A stretch of DNA of 64,000 bases from an uncultured Candidatus Saccharibacteria bacterium (GTDB lineage Bacteria > Patescibacteriota > WWE3 > UBA101185 > UBA10185), in the NCBI GenBank assembly GCA_964387275.1, contig CAYLVW010000001.1, forward strand, positions 150,619-214,618. The letters run 5' to 3'. The notes under the pieces are model-generated. The model was given only the letters and a program-made list of their open reading frames with translations, was not told where the DNA came from and made no database searches. Positions 59,909 to 64,000 of this stretch are shown in pieces (position 1 is the first letter of the stretch; every line of letters begins with the position of its first letter). The translations under genes were made by a program, and so were the position numbers.

Positions 59909-61998
59909 GACGTTTTATTATTGAACATAGGCATAAGATAATTGTTTTAACTGCATCAATTATTATTTCATTGTTATTTGTTAGAGTCGTTTTTGCTCCA
60001 GTTTCAAAAAGCGAGTTTTTACTAATAGGGGATCAATTTCTTAGGTTCAGTTTTGCGGAAACGTACAACAATTCTTTTTTTATTTTGAAATCAGAGAATT
60101 TTGGAATACACAACGCGTGGGTATTTGTTGTCCAGTTTTGGGACACAATTTATTTTTATGTTTCCTATCTTTTGGGTTTAAAGTTACTTGAAGCAGAGAA
60201 GTTGCAGTTTTTTACAACAGTGCTAGTAAGTTTAATTTTCTCATATGTAGGTTTCTATAAACTATCTGAAAAATACGACCGGAAAATTAAATATATACCG
60301 TTAGGATTAATATCTTTATGGTATGTTTTTAATCCATACACTCTTACACTGTGGCATGGTGGTGTTTATAATATAGGGCTTGCCCTCACTTACTCACTTG
60401 CTCCACTTGTGTTTTATTATTTAAATAAGATACTTTTTGATACATATAGACGCTTGGATATCTTATTATTGGTTATTCTGATTTTTCTGAGCTCTTTTGT
60501 TTTTTGGGCATTTGCTTCTGTAATATTCTTGTTAATAGTTTACACAATTACAAGGTATTGTTTTGAGCCTAGGTATTTAAAGAGGCTATTATCAAGGGAT
60601 GTAATATTGTTAGTTTTACTTACAATTTCTTCATTAAGTTATATCTTATTTTCACAAGTTTTTGAATTTAGTAGACTAACTGGGTTTGGCAATCCCTTTA
60701 CTTCTCCATCATTTGGAAATCAGCAGGGTGGTTTGTGGTATCAGATTCTGATGTACTTTTCTTGGGGAATATACACCGAATGGGTCCCCCGTACTCTATA
60801 TCCTTTTAATAAGTTCTTTTTTACAAACGAATATATTGTAGCCACTTTGTCTATATACCTACTTATGCTGGCTTCAATAATCAAGAGTTTGCCCAGAAAT
60901 AAGAGACTAATTGTATTCTTGCTAATAACACTTCTTGTAAGTTTATTCTTTGCGAAAGCAGCTCAGCCTCCATTTGGGGAAATATTTATGTTTCTATACA
61001 CAAAGGTACCTTTTTTCGGAGTTTTTAGGAGTGCTGATGCGAGATTTGGCTTAGCCGTAGTGTTGGTTATTGCTTTGCTTCTTAACACTACAAAAGAAAA
61101 AGTAAGTTGGAAATTGTATCTACCAATTATGTTATTCATCATTTTAATTCAGAATAAGCCCGTTATTCAGGGGTACGGTATATATGGTTTAAATGTAGAC
61201 AATAGATTTTATGATCGTATCATAAGTATTCCCGAACAGTATGTTCGTATCTCTGATATTATAAACTCTGATAAAGACCACTTCTATGTGTTATCAGATC
61301 CTCCTATAGTTCAAGGCCACATACTTTTAAACCAAGATAGTCATCATATAGGACAAGATATGCTTTCTAAACTTATTGAAAAACCTATGGTATATATTTC
61401 CACTAATGACACTAGATTACATAGTGATGCCGAGTCCTTACTAAGTAGCATCAAACGCAGTAAAAGGTACGATAAATTCTGGTCTTTACCTATTAAGTAT
61501 TTCTTAGTTCGTAAGGATTTTGTCTGCCAGGATTGTAAATATTTGGATGACATTGAAATGAGTAAGTATTTTGAAAAGTTGTATGTTGGGGATAGCGTAA
61601 TACTTTACAAGAACCCTTACTACACAAGCATCTTTGGGGATACAGTTGATGGTGAGTATATTAATCCAACTAGGTTTTACATAAGTAATGGAGGTTTTGA
61701 TAATCAAGAATTTAATTTTATGCTTACTTATTCAGATGATTGGGTCTTATATAAACTAAATTCTAAGAGAGAGGCTTATTATCCAGATTTGTACTATATG
61801 TTTAAAGATGAGTACAGCTCGCAAACTCATGAAAAGTATTCTGAATATGCTAACAGGTGGCAAATAGATAAGGGAAGTTTTTTAGTATATTACAAGCCTC
61901 AAATCATGTACAAGTTTTTCTTGTATCTAAGTATTACGACAATAGCATGTGTTGCGTTGTTGATTATTTATACCTATATTAATTATAGGAGAAAATAA
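59905..61998 (+). CDS. Large multi-pass membrane protein, GT-C-like, paralog of 57929-59908
   Basis: GDQ first loop, FNP, K.AQPPF, FRSADARF, YS..W, YAN.W, Y.PQ, final TM. Confidence 0.6.
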   Translation: MRRFIIEHRHKIIVLTASIIISLLFVRVVFAPVSKSEFLLIGDQFLRFSFAETYNNSFFILKSENFGIHNAWVFVVQFWDTIYFYVSYLLGLKLLEAEKLQFFTTVLVSLIFSYVGFYKLSEKYDRKIKYIPLGLISLWYVFNPYTLTLWHGGVYNIGLALTYSLAPLVFYYLNKILFDTYRRLDILLLVILIFLSSFVFWAFASVIFLLIVYTITRYCFEPRYLKRLLSRDVILLVLLTISSLSYILFSQVFEFSRLTGFGNPFTSPSFGNQQGGLWYQILMYFSWGIYTEWVPRTLYPFNKFFFTNEYIVATLSIYLLMLASIIKSLPRNKRLIVFLLITLLVSLFFAKAAQPPFGEIFMFLYTKVPFFGVFRSADARFGLAVVLVIALLLNTTKEKVSWKLYLPIMLFIILIQNKPVIQGYGIYGLNVDNRFYDRIISIPEQYVRISDIINSDKDHFYVLSDPPIVQGHILLNQDSHHIGQDMLSKLIEKPMVYISTNDTRLHSDAESLLSSIKRSKRYDKFWSLPIKYFLVRKDFVCQDCKYLDDIEMSKYFEKLYVGDSVILYKNPYYTSIFGDTVDGEYINPTRFYISNGGFDNQEFNFMLTYSDDWVLYKLNSKREAYYPDLYYMFKDEYSSQTHEKYSEYANRWQIDKGSFLVYYKPQIMYKFFLYLSITTIACVALLIIYTYINYRRK

Positions 61999-63629
61999 TG
62001 AACATCATTAACTCAATACTTTATATTTACAACGATATGGCTGTTTTATTCGTCGATGCTATAAGACTAAAGTATGGTTATAATCTTTTTCCTTTATTTG
62101 ATCCTACAATAAAGATTTCTGGTATAGATTTTTTAAACTCAGTGTCATTAGTAGTATTGTTTAGAGTTTTTGACCCTGTTGTCGGAGCTAATATTCTTTC
62201 TATTTTTTATTTGTCTATGCTTCTATTTTTTTCGTATAAGCTGTTCTCGTATTTTGATGTTAACAAGTTGCTAGTTATAGTATTTTCTGTTACTAACACT
62301 TTTAGTATCTACATGCTTTATAGGATTATATCTTTCACTCCAAATATCTATCAGGTTTTTTTCTTTCCCCTTGTCTTATTGTTACTACTTAAAAATAAAT
62401 TAAGTCCGCTTAAACTAGGATTAGTAGTTTTTTTGTTTTTTGCTTCCAGTCTTTATAATGGGTACTACTCCTTCTGGTTAATAATTTTTTGGTGGTTATC
62501 AGAGTTAATTTATTCTCTTTTGTTAAAGAAAGGGGAGTGCCTACCTGCTGTTAAATCTTTTATAGCAAAAGTTCTATTATTTTCTTTCCCCTTACTATTG
62601 ATGGGGGGCATAGCTTTTGGATCTTTGGCCATCAAAACCCTACCTTTCTTGGCCAAATTTGATAAGAGCCCTCAAAATAAAGTCATTACTAATACCCCAG
62701 GTGCCTATAGGCCTATTGAAAATTTCTATAACCTTACATTTAGGCCATGGTATTTTGTTATACCTCCAAAGAACTCATTATTTTTTGGCGATTTTTCTAA
62801 AAATACATATAAAGCCATTGAAGGTACAGGGTACTATCTTGCAAATGACTATACTGAGGAGGAAGCGGCCGGGAGTTTCATTGGGTGGCATATGTTACTT
62901 GGGGTATTTTTAGCCTTTGGGATACTATTGTTTGGCAATAAATACAGTCTATTTTTTCCAACACTTTTTAATTATAAGCAGGTGGTTTTTAAGGCATTAT
63001 TGTCTATTTTCCTCATATTCCTTATCTCAGGACCTCCTTCTTTTACGGTAAATGGCTTTACATTTTACACCCCTTCTTACTTACTATATTTTGTTTTGCC
63101 AATATTCCGTACTTTAGTAAGATTCTCATCTATAATTTTTATGTTAGTTTTGGTAATCAATATTTTTTTGTATAACGATTTATTATTTCACATTAGAAGT
63201 AAGGTTCTAAAGTTTTTAGTTTTTTTTCTTCTGATTACAATGAACTTTATTTTCTTTGCAATAAAACTTCCGGTTATAGATATAAATAAACCGCCTAAAG
63301 AATTCGCAACTATAAAGCTCCTACCTGAGAATTCAATGGTTGCTGTTTATCCAAAAGCCGATTATAAATCCATGTTTTGGACATCCTACACCAGGGTCAA
63401 ACTAGCAAATCCTAATGGTTTTATTAATCTAAATAGTGGATTTAGTTCTGATTCTTTTACAAAAAGACTAACTACACAAGGCGGCATTGATGAAGGTAAG
63501 TTATTAGGTATAACACATATACTTTATTACAGGGACAATGGCTTACCTGAAACAGAGGCTTTATTCAAGAAAAATGCATCAGAAATTATTGATATCGATA
63601 CAAGCTATGTTATCTACAAGATTAACTAA
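61998..63629 (+). CDS. Multi-pass membrane protein, GT-C-like
   Basis: About 10 TM helices; E...FIG, P...LY...PIFR.LVRF, YP motifs. TAATG coupling. Confidence 0.55.
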   Translation: MNIINSILYIYNDMAVLFVDAIRLKYGYNLFPLFDPTIKISGIDFLNSVSLVVLFRVFDPVVGANILSIFYLSMLLFFSYKLFSYFDVNKLLVIVFSVTNTFSIYMLYRIISFTPNIYQVFFFPLVLLLLLKNKLSPLKLGLVVFLFFASSLYNGYYSFWLIIFWWLSELIYSLLLKKGECLPAVKSFIAKVLLFSFPLLLMGGIAFGSLAIKTLPFLAKFDKSPQNKVITNTPGAYRPIENFYNLTFRPWYFVIPPKNSLFFGDFSKNTYKAIEGTGYYLANDYTEEEAAGSFIGWHMLLGVFLAFGILLFGNKYSLFFPTLFNYKQVVFKALLSIFLIFLISGPPSFTVNGFTFYTPSYLLYFVLPIFRTLVRFSSIIFMLVLVINIFLYNDLLFHIRSKVLKFLVFFLLITMNFIFFAIKLPVIDINKPPKEFATIKLLPENSMVAVYPKADYKSMFWTSYTRVKLANPNGFINLNSGFSSDSFTKRLTTQGGIDEGKLLGITHILYYRDNGLPETEALFKKNASEIIDIDTSYVIYKIN

Positions 63630-63644
63630 TGGTACACTAAAATA

Positions 63645-64000
63645 GTGATAGAAATCCTAAGAACTAATAATGTAATAATCCCAATTGTAACCATTATTAT
63701 TGTTGTGATTCTTTCAATAGTAAATACTTCGATTTTTAATAAAATTAGGGTATTTACTATGGTGCTTGCTGGCTCTGCACTACTATACGGATTACAAACA
63801 ATCTCTGTGTTTTTGATGATGCTTTTTGTAGTGTCCGTGTTGCACTACATTTCAACTTACAATATTCGAAGTAAGACTTTACTCTTACTGGCACTTTTTT
63901 CTCTATTATTATCTGTGATACTGTATTTTACTTCATATTATGAAGCTTCTTTGTTTGTTATTGAATTATTTGTAGTAACCTTAATTTTATTAGTATATAA
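63645..64000 (+). CDS. Hydrophobic membrane protein, 3-prime partial
   Basis: Open frame from GTG 63645 to the window end (VIEILRTNNVIIPIVTIIIVVILSIV...), preceded by TGgTACACT at 63630-63638. Confidence 0.55.
   Translation, partial: MIEILRTNNVIIPIVTIIIVVILSIVNTSIFNKIRVFTMVLAGSALLYGLQTISVFLMMLFVVSVLHYISTYNIRSKTLLLLALFSLLLSVILYFTSYYEASLFVIELFVVTLILLVY

Noticed and set aside
63629-63640. Mini ORF ATG-GTA-CAC-TAA overlapping the previous stop
   Set aside because: Three codons only, and equally explained by the overlapping -10 motif or by chance.
1-64000. CRISPR arrays, IS elements, prophage, introns or inteins
   Set aside because: No spaced direct repeats, transposase or integrase motifs, or large in-frame intein-like insertions were seen.

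Overview
AT-rich bacterial chromosome segment in standard code 11 (TGA is used as a stop). It is very probably from a Patescibacteria/CPR organism: no rpmD/L30, divergent ribosomal proteins and RNA polymerase, and cohesin/dockerin-type surface proteins. A WWE3/Microgenomates-like lineage is an inference. Nearly all genes are on the + strand. 1-2.6 kb: surface-protein trio (DUF916-like, Ig plus dockerin-like, cohesin). 2.9-26 kb: rpoB-rpoC, the str operon, tuf-rpsJ, and the S10/spc ribosomal protein genes through secY-ybaB-adk-map. 26-64 kb: a roughly 38 kb cell-surface glycosylation locus. It holds four polyprenol-phosphate sugar synthases, at least eight GT-C-like membrane proteins, flippases, Ugd, a single-chain Gmd-Fcl (GDP-fucose) fusion, several methyltransferases and an acetyltransferase, but no recognisable priming transferase, Wzy or Wzz. 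The most notable points are the Gmd-Fcl fusion, the GT-C/methylated-sugar system, a 141-aa internally deleted L3 behind its own promoter and attenuator-like hairpin, a structured tuf leader, recurrent leaderless-type promoters, and a lone reverse-strand orphan gene with a back-to-back promoter. No rRNA, tRNA, CRISPR or mobile element was recognised. All calls come from reading motifs by eye; no searches were run.
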